From Candidatus Latescibacterota bacterium (GTDB taxonomy: Bacteria; Latescibacterota; UBA2968; UBA8231), in NCBI GenBank assembly GCA_965261395.1, contig OZ253462.1, forward strand, positions 1,408,001-1,472,000: 64,000 bases of DNA, given 5' to 3'. The notes beneath the pieces were generated by a model. The model searched no databases, was not told where the DNA came from, and saw only the letters and a list, made by a program, of their open reading frames with translations. The position numbers were made by a program, and so were the translations under genes. Positions 10,099-19,256 of the stretch are shown one piece after another. The number at the start of each line of letters is the position of its first letter. Position 1 is the stretch's first letter.

Positions 10099-10886
10099 CC
10101 ACCGCCAACCCCCGATGTAGGAGCGGCCGGCCGGTCGCCCCTAGCCATCCCCGTAATAACCTGCTCCACCTCGGCAACGGTCGTCTCCTTGGGGTCGATG
10201 TCGTCGGCGACGACGCGGCCTTGGCGCAACACTACGATCCGCTCCACGACCTGGAAGACGTGGTGGATGTTGTGCGCGATGAAAATGCAGGAGTGGCCCG
10301 AGTCGCGGGCGTTGCGGACAAAGCGCAAGACGCCTTGCGTCTCCACGACGCCTAGGTTGTTGGTCGGCTCGTCGAGAATGATCAGCTCGCTATCGAAGTG
10401 CATGGCCCGCGCAATGGCCACGGATTGACGCTCGCCGCCCGACAATGCGCCGATGGGCGTCGTCGGAGGAATGTCCTTTTCAATGCCCACCTGCTTGAGC
10501 AAGGTACGGGCTACATTCGCCATCGCCTCTTGGTCCATGCGCCCTAAAAACGCCGGGCCTTTCAGGGGTTCGCGGCCCAAGAAAAAATTCCGCGCAATGG
10601 ACAATTCCGCTACAAGGGCGGAGTCCTGATAGATGGTTTCAATGCCGTAGCCAATGGCGTCGGCAGTGCTCTTGATGTCGGCTCGTTCGCCGCGTATAAA
10701 GATATCGCCGCTGCTGGCGGGAACGGCCCCGGAGAGAATTTTGATCAGCGTGGATTTACCGGCCCCATTGTCGCCGAGCAAGCCGACGATTTCGCGCTCC
10801 TTGACCGTCAGATGGACGTTTTCGAGGGCGCACACCCGTCCGTAAGACTTGCTGATGTTTTTCATCTGCACCAGTGCCCCTGTCAT
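10095..10886 (-). CDS. Sugar ABC transporter ATP-binding protein (no adjacent permease or binding protein)
   Basis: GDNGAGKST, LSGGERQ and LDEPT. Confidence 0.93.
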   Translation of the reverse strand: MTGALVQMKNISKSYGRVCALENVHLTVKEREIVGLLGDNGAGKSTLIKILSGAVPASSGDIFIRGERADIKSTADAIGYGIETIYQDSALVAELSIARNFFLGREPLKGPAFLGRMDQEAMANVARTLLKQVGIEKDIPPTTPIGALSGGERQSVAIARAMHFDSELIILDEPTNNLGVVETQGVLRFVRNARDSGHSCIFIAHNIHHVFQVVERIVVLRQGRVVADDIDPKETTVAEVEQVITGMARGDRPAAPTSGVGGG

Positions 10887-10913
10887 CGGCTAGCCCTCTT
10901 TTTGATGAGGTTC

Positions 10914-11070
10914 TCAAAGGTACTGTAAATCATCCAAATCTTTATGCCTTCCACTCGCTTGCTTGTTCTGCTTCAACGGCATAGTCACCGACGAGCAGAT
11001 ATTCAACTCGATGTGAGTTGAGCAACTTCAAGAACTCTTTGAAGTCGGGTGGTAGTTGGATCATAGCCAT
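10914..11070 (-). pseudogene. Nucleotidyltransferase-family gene with a large internal deletion
   Basis: N-terminus MAMIQLPPDFKEFLKLLNSHRVEYLLVGDYAV is joined out of frame to the typical C-terminus LKQNKQASGRHKDLDDLQYL*. Confidence 0.7.
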
Positions 11071-11215
11071 AGTTAATCTGCCGCATCAACTCAACGGCTT
11101 CCAAGCGTTCATAAGGCGTTTTCGAGTGCCAGTATTCCCTTTCATCTGATTCTTCAGAAAGGGATATAATTGAAAAGACGCTCTTATCTATTTTGACGGT
11201 ATCTATTGCGCTCAT
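11003..11215 (-). CDS. Small protein typically paired with the nucleotidyltransferase (putative TA partner)
   Basis: 70 aa with YWHSKTPYERLEAVELMR...RLQRVLEV; overlaps the start of the nucleotidyltransferase remnant. Confidence 0.65.
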   Translation of the reverse strand: MSAIDTVKIDKSVFSIISLSEESDEREYWHSKTPYERLEAVELMRQINYGYDPTTTRLQRVLEVAQLTSS

Positions 11216-12414
11216 GCGTTTTCCCTCATCTCTGACGACTTTAGCCCCCCTCTGCTTCTCAATAAAGCTACTACTTCATCAGCCTTTCTTTGGTACGCAT
11301 AGTCTAAGGGTGTTTCATTAAGAAGCCAACCATCGTCTTTCAAGTTGACCTTGGCTCCATACTTGAGCAAGAGCTTAGCCGTTTCAAGTGCATTATGCAT
11401 CGCCGCATAGTGCAGTGGCGTTTTTTTGTCGTCGTTGTTTCTCGCATGGACACCGGCTCCATGTTGGAGCAGGACTTCCGCCGTCTGATGAGCGTTGACC
11501 GTCGCCGCATAATGCAGTGGCGTGTTTTCGTTGTCGTTGTTGTCTTTCGCATGGACATCGGCTCCATGTTGGAGCAGGACTTCCGCCGTCTGATGAGCAT
11601 CCCTCTCTGCCGCAATGTGCAGTGGCGTGGCATCTAATACTTTATCGTTATCGTTTTCGCCATAGACTATTACAGACTTTGCGGCGACTTGGGCTCCATG
11701 CTGGAGCAGGACTTCCGCCGTCTGATGAGCGTTGACCATCGCCACCATGTGCAGTGGCGTGGCATCTAATACTTTATCGCCATTGCTATCGACTGCTGTG
11801 GCTCTGGCGGTGATCTGGGCTCCATGATTGAGCAGGACTTCCGCCGTCTGATGAGCATCCCTCTCTACCGCAATATGCAGCGGCGTGGAGCCGTTTTTGT
11901 CTTTCGCATTGAGGTCGGCCCCATACTCGAGCAAAACCTCGGCTGTCTCACAAGCATTCTTCCACGCCGCAGTATGTAGCAGCGTGGCTCCTTTCTTGTC
12001 CTTCACTTGAAGCAAAAGCAAGTTGGTAGGGCTGGTCTTGAGCAGGGACAGAACCAGCACAGACAGATTCAGATCGGCAGCAATATGTAGGTCGGTTTTG
12101 CCCTCTTCGTCCACAATCCGTGGATCCAAGGAAGGCAGGCGGCCTACCTGCTCGACAAACACCTGTTCCTGACGCTGCCGTTCCGCCGAATCAACATACT
12201 CTTCGCCCCTCGGTACTCCCAATAATCGGAAGACTGCTTCCATAGCTCCGAGCACCTTCTCCCTTATTTGCTCCGCTTGCTCAATCTGCTGCTTGAACTG
12301 CGCCACCTTGTCGCTTTGTGCCCTCTTGATCCTCTCAATCGTCAGATCTAGTTCGTCGTGTTCGTCACTAGCATCGCCAACCATCTCTTGCACCTTGTAG
12401 CTGAGATCGTCTAG
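11212..12414 (-). pseudogene. Ankyrin repeat protein (about 8 repeats); native 5' end replaced by IS5 sequence
   Basis: Multiple TPLH..A...EVLLQHGA repeats; upstream of the CTAG at 12411-12414 the frame reads through IS DNA. Confidence 0.8.
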
Positions 12415-12784
12415 AAGTGGTTTCATAACTTGATAGGGAGTCAGGTTTTTTCTTTTTTTCGGTCTTCTATTTTTTTTGACCAGGAGTCCTGCCATGTCCC
12501 GCCATAGTTCCGAACTGACGGATACCCAGTGGTCGCCTATTGCTCCGCTGCTGCCGGAACCCCAAGCCTCCGCCAACGGGGGTCCCAAACCGATTCCCAA
12601 CCGCCCGGTGTTTGAAGGCATTTTGTGGGTGCTCCGTAGTGGCGCACGCTGGAAAGATCTGCCTGAGCAATACCCCTCGCCCAGTACGTGCTGGCGTCGG
12701 CTGCGGGCTTGGGAAGCCGACGGGATCTGGCTAAAGGCGTGGCGGGCCTTGCTGCGACCACTCGATGCGCAAGCTACCGGTTGA
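12413..12784 (+). mobile_element. Truncated IS5-family element (DUF4096-type orfA only)
   Basis: End motif (CT)AGAAGTGGTTTCATAAC; ORF 12494-12784 reads ELTDTQW..IAPLLP...GILWVLRSGARWKDLPEQYPSPSTCWRR; no DDE half. Confidence 0.85.
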
Positions 12785-13427
12785 ACCACAAGGAACGCGC
12801 GCCCTCCCTGCACCATCACCCCGCCGCGATTGTCCGCATGGCCGAGCCACCACCGAGGCCAGAACCACCACCGAGCGCGGCCACGCTCAAACCCGCCCTA
12901 TCTCGCCTCGTATCGGCAACCCTCCCCTTGCCGATCTACACCCACGCATTGACGCCAGATGGAGAACCAGACGACCGAGACCCGCAGAAAAATTTGAGAG
13001 CAGGCCCACCCCGTCGCCCCGATACGGGCTGATAGGAGAACACCCTTATTTTTTTTAGTAATGTCCTTGCAAATAATGAGGTCGGCCCTGTACCATTACT
13101 CACTGGGGATCGACCCCACCAACATCATCACCGAGAGGACACCCCGGTATGTGCAAGGAGCAAGGAAAGCTTGGCGCAGTGGCACACATTGTAGCCACGG
13201 CCCGCGAAATGAACCAAGGATGCCCCGCCGCAAGTAGCATCCATAGCGCTATGTGTCGCGTCAATAAGCAGTTGGATACCAGAATCGAGCTTATTGCCGT
13301 TGTTGCCGCAAACGCGAAATGTTTGCCTCAAGGCCCCGCCTCCGCCCTAGACTGGATAGCCTCCGCCTCCTCGCAGATTGTCAAGGAGCTACGCCCTGGC
13401 GGATACCAACGATAAAAAACATTGCGG

Positions 13428-14285
13428 TCATCTTCGTCGGGCACCATAACGGCGCAAGACCTCGGCTGTCGCAGAAGCATCCCTGAATGTCGCATCGTAC
13501 AGCGGCGTACGGCCCTCGTTGTCTCTGGCGTTGACGTTGGCACCTTGCTTGAGCAAGACCTCGGCTGTCGCAGAAGCATCCCTGAATGTCGCATCGTGCA
13601 GCGGCGTACGGCCCTCGTTGTCTCTGGCGTTGACGTTGGCACCTTGCTTGAGCAAGACCTCGGCTGTCGCAGAAGCATCCCTGAATGTCCATGCCACATC
13701 GTGCAGCGGCGTACGGCCCTCGTTGGCCTTGGCGTTGACGTTAGCACCTTGCTTGAGCAAGACCTCGGCTGTCGCAGAAGCATGCCACGCTGCCGCAAAG
13801 TGCAGCGGCGTAAGGCCGCCGGCCTTGGCGTTGACGTTGGCACCTTGCTTGAGCAAGACCTCGGCTATCGCAGAAGCATTCCCCGTTGCCGCAGAGTGCA
13901 GCGGCGTACGGCCCTCGTTGGCCTTGGCGTTGACGTTGGCACCTTGCTTGAGCAAGACCTCGGCTGTCGCAGAAGCATGCCACAGTACCGCATCGTGCAG
14001 CGGCGTAAGGCCCCGTTTGTCTCTGGCGTTGACGTTGGCACCTTGTTTGAGCAGCGAAATAGCCAGCATGGGCAGGTCCAGTTCTGCTACGATGTGTAGA
14101 TCGGTTTTTCCTGCATCATTTATCTTACCCGGTGAGGGGCTACGCCCCACCGCAGCAACAAATGCCTGTTCTTGCCGTTGTTTCTCGGTTTGCTCGGCGG
14201 CTAGTCTTGCTTTTTCTGCTTCTGTGTCGCAGCCGAGGCTTCCGATGACCAAAGCCGCAACGAGTATTCTCCACATCATAGCCAT
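13428..14285 (-). CDS. Ankyrin repeat lipoprotein (7 repeats)
   Basis: SLGC lipobox; ~99-bp near-identical repeats encoding TPLH...ATAEVLLKQGANVNA. Confidence 0.92.
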   Translation of the reverse strand: MAMMWRILVAALVIGSLGCDTEAEKARLAAEQTEKQRQEQAFVAAVGRSPSPGKINDAGKTDLHIVAELDLPMLAISLLKQGANVNARDKRGLTPLHDAVLWHASATAEVLLKQGANVNAKANEGRTPLHSAATGNASAIAEVLLKQGANVNAKAGGLTPLHFAAAWHASATAEVLLKQGANVNAKANEGRTPLHDVAWTFRDASATAEVLLKQGANVNARDNEGRTPLHDATFRDASATAEVLLKQGANVNARDNEGRTPLYDATFRDASATAEVLRRYGARRR

Positions 14286-14378
14286 CTCTTTACTCCTTAA
14301 GGATAGGGGCCGCCCGCATACTATCGATAAAGTAAAGAGCGGTTTGTATTGCCGCTTCCAGATTCACTCTTAGCGACC

Positions 14379-15518
14379 CTACACCCCAGCCAGCGCCTGC
14401 GCAAAGTCCGCGCACAAATCCTCGGCGGCCTCAATGCCGCACGACACCCGAACCAAACCGTCGGCTATGCCCATGGCCGCCCGCTCCTCTCGGCTCAAGC
14501 CGCTGTGCGACGTGGTGACTGGCCGAGTGATGAGGGTTTCGACCCCGCCGAGACTGGGGGCTGATGCCGGCAGAACCAGCTTGGACAGCAACTGTTCGGC
14601 GGCCTCCACGCCCCCGTGCAACTCAAAGCTCAACACCCCACCCGCCCCGGCAAACAGCCGCTGCGCCCGCTCGTATTGCGGATGGCTTTCCAGCCCTGGG
14701 TAATTCACCCGCGCCACCGGTGCCTGCTCGGCCAAAAAACGCGCGAGTCGCAACCCATTCTCGTCGTGTTGCCGCATTCTCAGCGACAAGGTTTTCAAGC
14801 CCCGTTGCAGCAGAAAGCAGGCGTGGGGATCTAGTGAGCCGCCCAAGTGATTCAGCTTGTGTCTAATGGCTGTGACGTGTGCAGCCGAGCCGACGACCAC
14901 GCCCGCGACGATATCCGAATGGCCGTTGAGGTACTTGGTCGCGCTGTGCAGCTCTATGTCAAACCCGATTTCCAGCGGGCGGAAGTTGCACGGCGACGCA
15001 AAGGTATTGTCGATCAGCGAGACTAGCCCGTGCTCGCGGGCAAACGCCACTACTGCCTCCAGATCGGCGACCTCTAATAGTGGGTTGGTCATGGTCTCCA
15101 CGTAAATCGCCCGCGTCTCGGGCCGCAGCTTGGCCGCCCACGTCTCAGGCGCATTGCCAGCGATAAAGTCGTAGCTCAGCCCCAAACCCGGCCCATCCTG
15201 CGTCACAAAGCCATGCGTGCCCCCGTAGAGGCAGTCTTGGATTAGCAGGTGATCGCCGCTGTTGAGTACGGTCAGCAGCGCAGTGGTGATCGCCGCCATT
15301 CCCGAGCCGGCGACTAAGGCGTCCTCGCCGCCGCAGACAGAGGCCAGTTTGGCGTGCAAGGCGCGGTGATTGGGCGTGTTGTTGAGACGGAGATAGCGGA
15401 TGGCGTCGTAGTCCTGCTCGTCTTGCGAGACAAAAGTCGAACTTTGGAAGATCGGCAGCACCACGGCACCGTCGATGCGCTCCTCGCCGGCGTGGACGAG
15501 GCGGGTCTGAATATCCAT
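14379..15518 (-). CDS. Cys/Met metabolism PLP-dependent enzyme (cystathionine gamma-synthase/lyase family)
   Basis: SGMAAI, IDNTFASP, HSATKYLNGHSD and SLGGVETL; likely start is the ATG at 15518. Confidence 0.92.
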   Translation of the reverse strand: MDIQTRLVHAGEERIDGAVVLPIFQSSTFVSQDEQDYDAIRYLRLNNTPNHRALHAKLASVCGGEDALVAGSGMAAITTALLTVLNSGDHLLIQDCLYGGTHGFVTQDGPGLGLSYDFIAGNAPETWAAKLRPETRAIYVETMTNPLLEVADLEAVVAFAREHGLVSLIDNTFASPCNFRPLEIGFDIELHSATKYLNGHSDIVAGVVVGSAAHVTAIRHKLNHLGGSLDPHACFLLQRGLKTLSLRMRQHDENGLRLARFLAEQAPVARVNYPGLESHPQYERAQRLFAGAGGVLSFELHGGVEAAEQLLSKLVLPASAPSLGGVETLITRPVTTSHSGLSREERAAMGIADGLVRVSCGIEAAEDLCADFAQALAGV

Positions 15519-15535
15519 GTAGATTTCCTTAGTCA

Positions 15536-15667
15536 CTGATGTTACGCATAGGCCCCTAGGTATGGGATGCTTCGCTTCGCTCAGCATGACAAAGAAGGAG
15601 AGCGTCAGCCTCTGTCATGCGGAGCGGAGTCGAAGCATCTTATACCCGGGCCTGTGCATAACACCAC
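15536..15667. mobile_element. MITE-like element with IS4-like ends and an internal REP-like palindrome
   Basis: Imperfect outer IRs CTGATGTTACGCATAGGCCC / GGGCCTGTGCATAACACCAC; inner arms GATGCTTCGCTTCGCTCAGCATGACA / TGTCATGCGGAGCGGAGTCGAAGCATC; flanking direct repeat CTTAGTCA at 15528-15535 and 15667-15674. Confidence 0.7.
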
Positions 15668-15676
15668 TTAGTCAGT

Positions 15677-17788
15677 TTACAGGGCAAATTGGGTGAGTAG
15701 CCGCTCGTATAGCCGAATGAAGTCCCGGCGGCCGTTGTCGCGATTGTAAACGTAGCACATGGGGTTGGGATTGATCTCTATAATAGAGAAACCGTCCGCG
15801 CTGTGGATGAGGTCGATGGCGTAAAAACCGAGCGAGTACACGCCAGCTACTTGCTCAGTTAGCTGTTGCATCTGGCGCAGCAGGGCCGCGTCCTCCACGC
15901 GCACGGCACGCCCGGTGGCCTGATGCAGCGGATTGAGGTCTCCGTCTGCGCCCACGGCCTCGCTCTCCTTGCGATAGGCCAGCAACAGCTCGTCGCGGCT
16001 GGCGACGATCCGATACTCTGGCCCGGCCACGTATTGCTGCACCAGCGCGACGTTGTCCAAAAAGGCGCTGTTTGCAAAGAGGGATTCGAGCCGTTGGCCC
16101 AAGGCGACAGCGTCGCGCTCCAAGAACACGCCCTGCGCCAGTGAGCTGTGGCACTTCTTGACCAATAGGGGGAACTCGAACCGCGCCACTACCTCCTCGA
16201 CGATTTCCGCAACCGTGGCGTGCGTCTTGTAGCGGTCGAAGCGCGCGTCGGCCAGCGGGTTGAAGAGCTTGAGCGTATCGGGGATGGGCAACCCGGCGGC
16301 GGCGAAATCCTCATACTGATATGCCTTGTCTTCGGCGAGCCGGGCCTCGACGTAGTCGTTGAAGGGATGCTTGTTGCGCCAGAAGCGCAAGGACCGCTGC
16401 CCGCCCGACAGCTTGAGCCGAGTGCCGTCGTCTGAAATCCACTCGCAGACGAGTCCCCGCCGCCGGCCCGCTTCGGCGACACATTCCAGATTCTCCAGCG
16501 CCATGTCTTCGGTGATGCCGTCGCGCTCGCCGGGCAAATCGAAAAACTCTCGCGCCCGCGCCACCAAGTGCAGAGACCCGGCCACGCAGACTCGGCCTTT
16601 GCGCCCCGCTAGCTCCAGTGCGCGCTTGAGCGCTTGACTGCTTGCGGGTACTTGCTCGACGGCTAGTCCGTCCGGTGCCAAGTTCGCCAGCACCGCTGGT
16701 GCCTGCGCCCGTGGATGGTCCGACGAAGTCAGCAAGACCCGCTGCGCCATCGGCGCTAGGGCGCGCAAGATTCCCGCCGCATCGTGCCCTGTTCCCGCGC
16801 CGACGACTAGCACCCATGCGTCGCCAGTATTGGCGACGGGACGCTCTCCGCTCAGCCGCTGTAACTCCCCGGCCAACGCCTCGGCCGCCGCTGGATTGTG
16901 CGCCCCGTCGAGCAAGACCAACGGCTTTTCTTGCGCCACTTCAAAGCGGCCCGGCCAGCGATGGGCCGCCACGACTTGGTGCGCCACTTCGTCTTTTAGG
17001 CCCCGGACGAGTTCCTGTGCTGCTTCAAGGGCCAGCCGTGCATTTTCCGCGTAGGTCGCCGGATGGCCCGTTAGGAGACCTAGGTGCCATTCCGTTCCAG
17101 CAACCTGCAACGTCACTTCTCGTTTTGCGCAGGTCTGCCGGATTAGGTCCATCACCTCGGGAGGTTGCGCCGCTGTGGTGACGAGGGCGCGACCCGACCG
17201 GGCGATGTGCAGCTTGTCAGCGGCGATTTCCTCCAAAGTATTGCCCAGCAGGTCCACGTGGTCTAGGCCGATGACCGTCAGGACTGCTAGCTCCGAGTCC
17301 CAGGCGTTGGTCGCGTCGTAGCGGCCCCCAAGCCCTACCTCGAAAACCCCGAACTCCACGCCCTGCTGCGCGAAGAGATAGACCGCAAGGCCGGTCAGGG
17401 CCTCGAACTTGCTGAACGACCCCAGCGCCTCCCGGCCAAAGTCGCGGGTGCAATCGTCGAGATGCGACACGGCGTCGGCCCATTGTTCCTTGCTGAGGAT
17501 CTCGCCGTCGATGCGGATCCGCTCGCGCTGGGTGTGCAGATGCGGTGAAGTGTACAGCCCGGCCTTGTGCCCCTGCGCCTTTAGGATGGCGGCGAGCAAG
17601 CTAGCGACCGTTCCCTTGCCGTTGGTGCCGCCGACAATGACCGAGCGAAAGCGCGCCTGCGGGTCGCCGAGGCGGGCCAGCAGGGCGCGCATCCTCGGCA
17701 GGTAATCCGCGATCGGCCCGAGCGCTGGACGGCCGACCTCCCAATCGGGCAGGGCGTCCAAATAGCGTTTGGCGCGAAAGTAATCCAT
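15677..17788 (-). CDS. folC: FolC-like folylpolyglutamate/dihydrofolate synthase fused to a C-terminal ATP-grasp domain
   Basis: GTNGKGT, YTSPHL, EVGLGGRYDATN, WPGRFE, LDGAHN and AGSLHLV, then ATP-grasp motifs DKAY, FPLLVK, VQQYVAGPEYR and IEINPNP in one frame; an alternative TTG start lies at 17812. Confidence 0.85.
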   Translation of the reverse strand: MDYFRAKRYLDALPDWEVGRPALGPIADYLPRMRALLARLGDPQARFRSVIVGGTNGKGTVASLLAAILKAQGHKAGLYTSPHLHTQRERIRIDGEILSKEQWADAVSHLDDCTRDFGREALGSFSKFEALTGLAVYLFAQQGVEFGVFEVGLGGRYDATNAWDSELAVLTVIGLDHVDLLGNTLEEIAADKLHIARSGRALVTTAAQPPEVMDLIRQTCAKREVTLQVAGTEWHLGLLTGHPATYAENARLALEAAQELVRGLKDEVAHQVVAAHRWPGRFEVAQEKPLVLLDGAHNPAAAEALAGELQRLSGERPVANTGDAWVLVVGAGTGHDAAGILRALAPMAQRVLLTSSDHPRAQAPAVLANLAPDGLAVEQVPASSQALKRALELAGRKGRVCVAGSLHLVARAREFFDLPGERDGITEDMALENLECVAEAGRRRGLVCEWISDDGTRLKLSGGQRSLRFWRNKHPFNDYVEARLAEDKAYQYEDFAAAGLPIPDTLKLFNPLADARFDRYKTHATVAEIVEEVVARFEFPLLVKKCHSSLAQGVFLERDAVALGQRLESLFANSAFLDNVALVQQYVAGPEYRIVASRDELLLAYRKESEAVGADGDLNPLHQATGRAVRVEDAALLRQMQQLTEQVAGVYSLGFYAIDLIHSADGFSIIEINPNPMCYVYNRDNGRRDFIRLYERLLTQFAL

Positions 17789-17808
17789 GTAGTGGGAAAG
17801 GGTGCGGC

Positions 17809-18858
17809 TCAACCGCCGCGGGTGTGCATCTCGCGGTGCGGATCCGCCTGTAAGGCTTCGACCGGATAGAGTGCGCCGCGCTGTGGGTCACGGCTGCGCT
17901 CTTCAGCGCTTTGGTCCGTCCGCCCCGCCCATCCAGCGCTAATACGCCTCACGAGCCGTTCGCGGTCGGCTCCGCTGCGTAGCAAGGGCTTTAGGTCGGT
18001 GCCTTGCTGTGCGTACAGACACGTGTACCACAGCCCGTCGGCCGTCAGCCGACTGCGGTCACAGGCCCCGCAAAACGGCTCGGAGACCGACGCGACAATG
18101 CCAAAGCGCGTCCCGTCGCTCAAGCGGAAGCGCTCTGCAGGCGCTGAGCCGCGCCCGGCCTCGCGCTCGATCGGCCCGTAGTGGGCCGTCAGCCGCGCCA
18201 GTATTTCCGCCTGCGACACGACCTTCTGCATAGACCATTGGGTTGCGCCGCCTACGTCCATGTATTCGATGAAGCGAACTTCGGCCCCTACCTCGCGCCC
18301 GAATTCGAGGAGATCCACGAGTTCGTCGTCGTTGAAATCGCGCATGACGACCACGTTGAGCTTGAGCGCGTCAAAGTTAGTGGTCGCGGCCGCCCGGATC
18401 CCCTCCAGCGCCTTGGCGTGAGTGCTGCGGCGCGTCAAGGCCGTGAAGCGCGTTGGATCTAACGAGTCCAAGCTGACGGTGATGCGCTGCAAACCAGCGG
18501 CCCGCAACGGCTCGGCCCACCGCGCCAATCGCGTGGCATTGGTAGTCATCGCCAAGTCTTCGACGAGGGGCAGAGCAGCGAGGCGGGCGACGAGCGCGGG
18601 CAGGTCAGCGCGCAACAGCGGCTCGCCGCCGGTCAGGCGGACGCTGCGGACGCCAACTTGGCAAAAGGCATCGACCACGCGCTCGATCTCGGCGGCGTTG
18701 AGGATGTCTTTACTGGGCAGCCAGGTGTAGTGCTCTTCGGGCATGCAGTACTGGCAGCGCAGGTCGCAGCGGTCGATTACCGACACGCGCAAAGAGGCCA
18801 ACGGGCGGCCCAAAAGGTCGCGCACTAACTTGGTTTTGGCAGGTGTTTCAAGGGCCAT
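17809..18858 (-). CDS. moaA: GTP 3',8-cyclase (molybdenum cofactor biosynthesis)
   Basis: CDLRCQYC radical-SAM motif, LTGGEPLLR, FCGACDRSRL and C-terminal GG. Confidence 0.96.
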   Translation of the reverse strand: MALETPAKTKLVRDLLGRPLASLRVSVIDRCDLRCQYCMPEEHYTWLPSKDILNAAEIERVVDAFCQVGVRSVRLTGGEPLLRADLPALVARLAALPLVEDLAMTTNATRLARWAEPLRAAGLQRITVSLDSLDPTRFTALTRRSTHAKALEGIRAAATTNFDALKLNVVVMRDFNDDELVDLLEFGREVGAEVRFIEYMDVGGATQWSMQKVVSQAEILARLTAHYGPIEREAGRGSAPAERFRLSDGTRFGIVASVSEPFCGACDRSRLTADGLWYTCLYAQQGTDLKPLLRSGADRERLVRRISAGWAGRTDQSAEERSRDPQRGALYPVEALQADPHREMHTRGG

Positions 18859-18981
18859 ACAAAGGCATCCACAGACGGTGTTAAAGAGACTTGAGAATAT
18901 AGAGAATCCCTAGCAGTGGGCAATGTTGGGCGAAGTCGGCGCGTTCTTGCTGTACGGAAGTCGGCGCGTGATATTAGGAAA

Positions 18982-19168
18982 CTGACGTTACGCAGTCTTA
19001 CGATCGTTTGGTCTATGTCCGGTCGATCATGCCGCTGTCATGCCTGCGAAAGCAGGCATCCAGAAATGCCCATTTGACGCCAGTGCGCTGGGCTGGATTC
19101 CCGCTTTCGCGGGAATGACGACGGGAGGCAGGAAGCTGAAGACGTTGTATAAGGCTACGTAACGTCAG
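18982..19168. mobile_element. MITE-like element with IS4-like ends and an internal GTCAT.CC.GCG palindromic repeat
   Basis: Outer IRs CTGACGTTACGCAGTCTTA / TAAGGCTACGTAACGTCAG; inner arms GTCATGCCTGCGAAAGCAGGCATCCAG / CTGGATTCCCGCTTTCGCGGGAATGAC; flanks TTAGGAAA / TTAGGGAA (7/8 match). Confidence 0.75.
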
Positions 19169-19256
19169 TTAGGGAACTTGCACCGCCTGTGACGCCGACC
19201 GTAGAAGCGTTGCGGGCGGCGAATGGGACATTGCACCGCGCAACGAGAGGGGTCTA

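Noticed and set aside
12415-12819. N-terminal 135 aa of the 535-aa ankyrin ORF as native sequence
   Set aside because: It is the antisense reading of the IS5 fragment.
15677-17812. Cyanophycin synthetase
   Set aside because: Domain order is reversed, the Mur-like half has FolC-specific motifs, and there is no cyanophycinase nearby.
18859-18980. Moco riboswitch upstream of moaA; 13-bp direct repeat GAAGTCGGCGCGT at 18932 and 18957
   Set aside because: No recognisable riboswitch structure by eye; the repeat is real but could be a small local duplication and I cannot assign a function.
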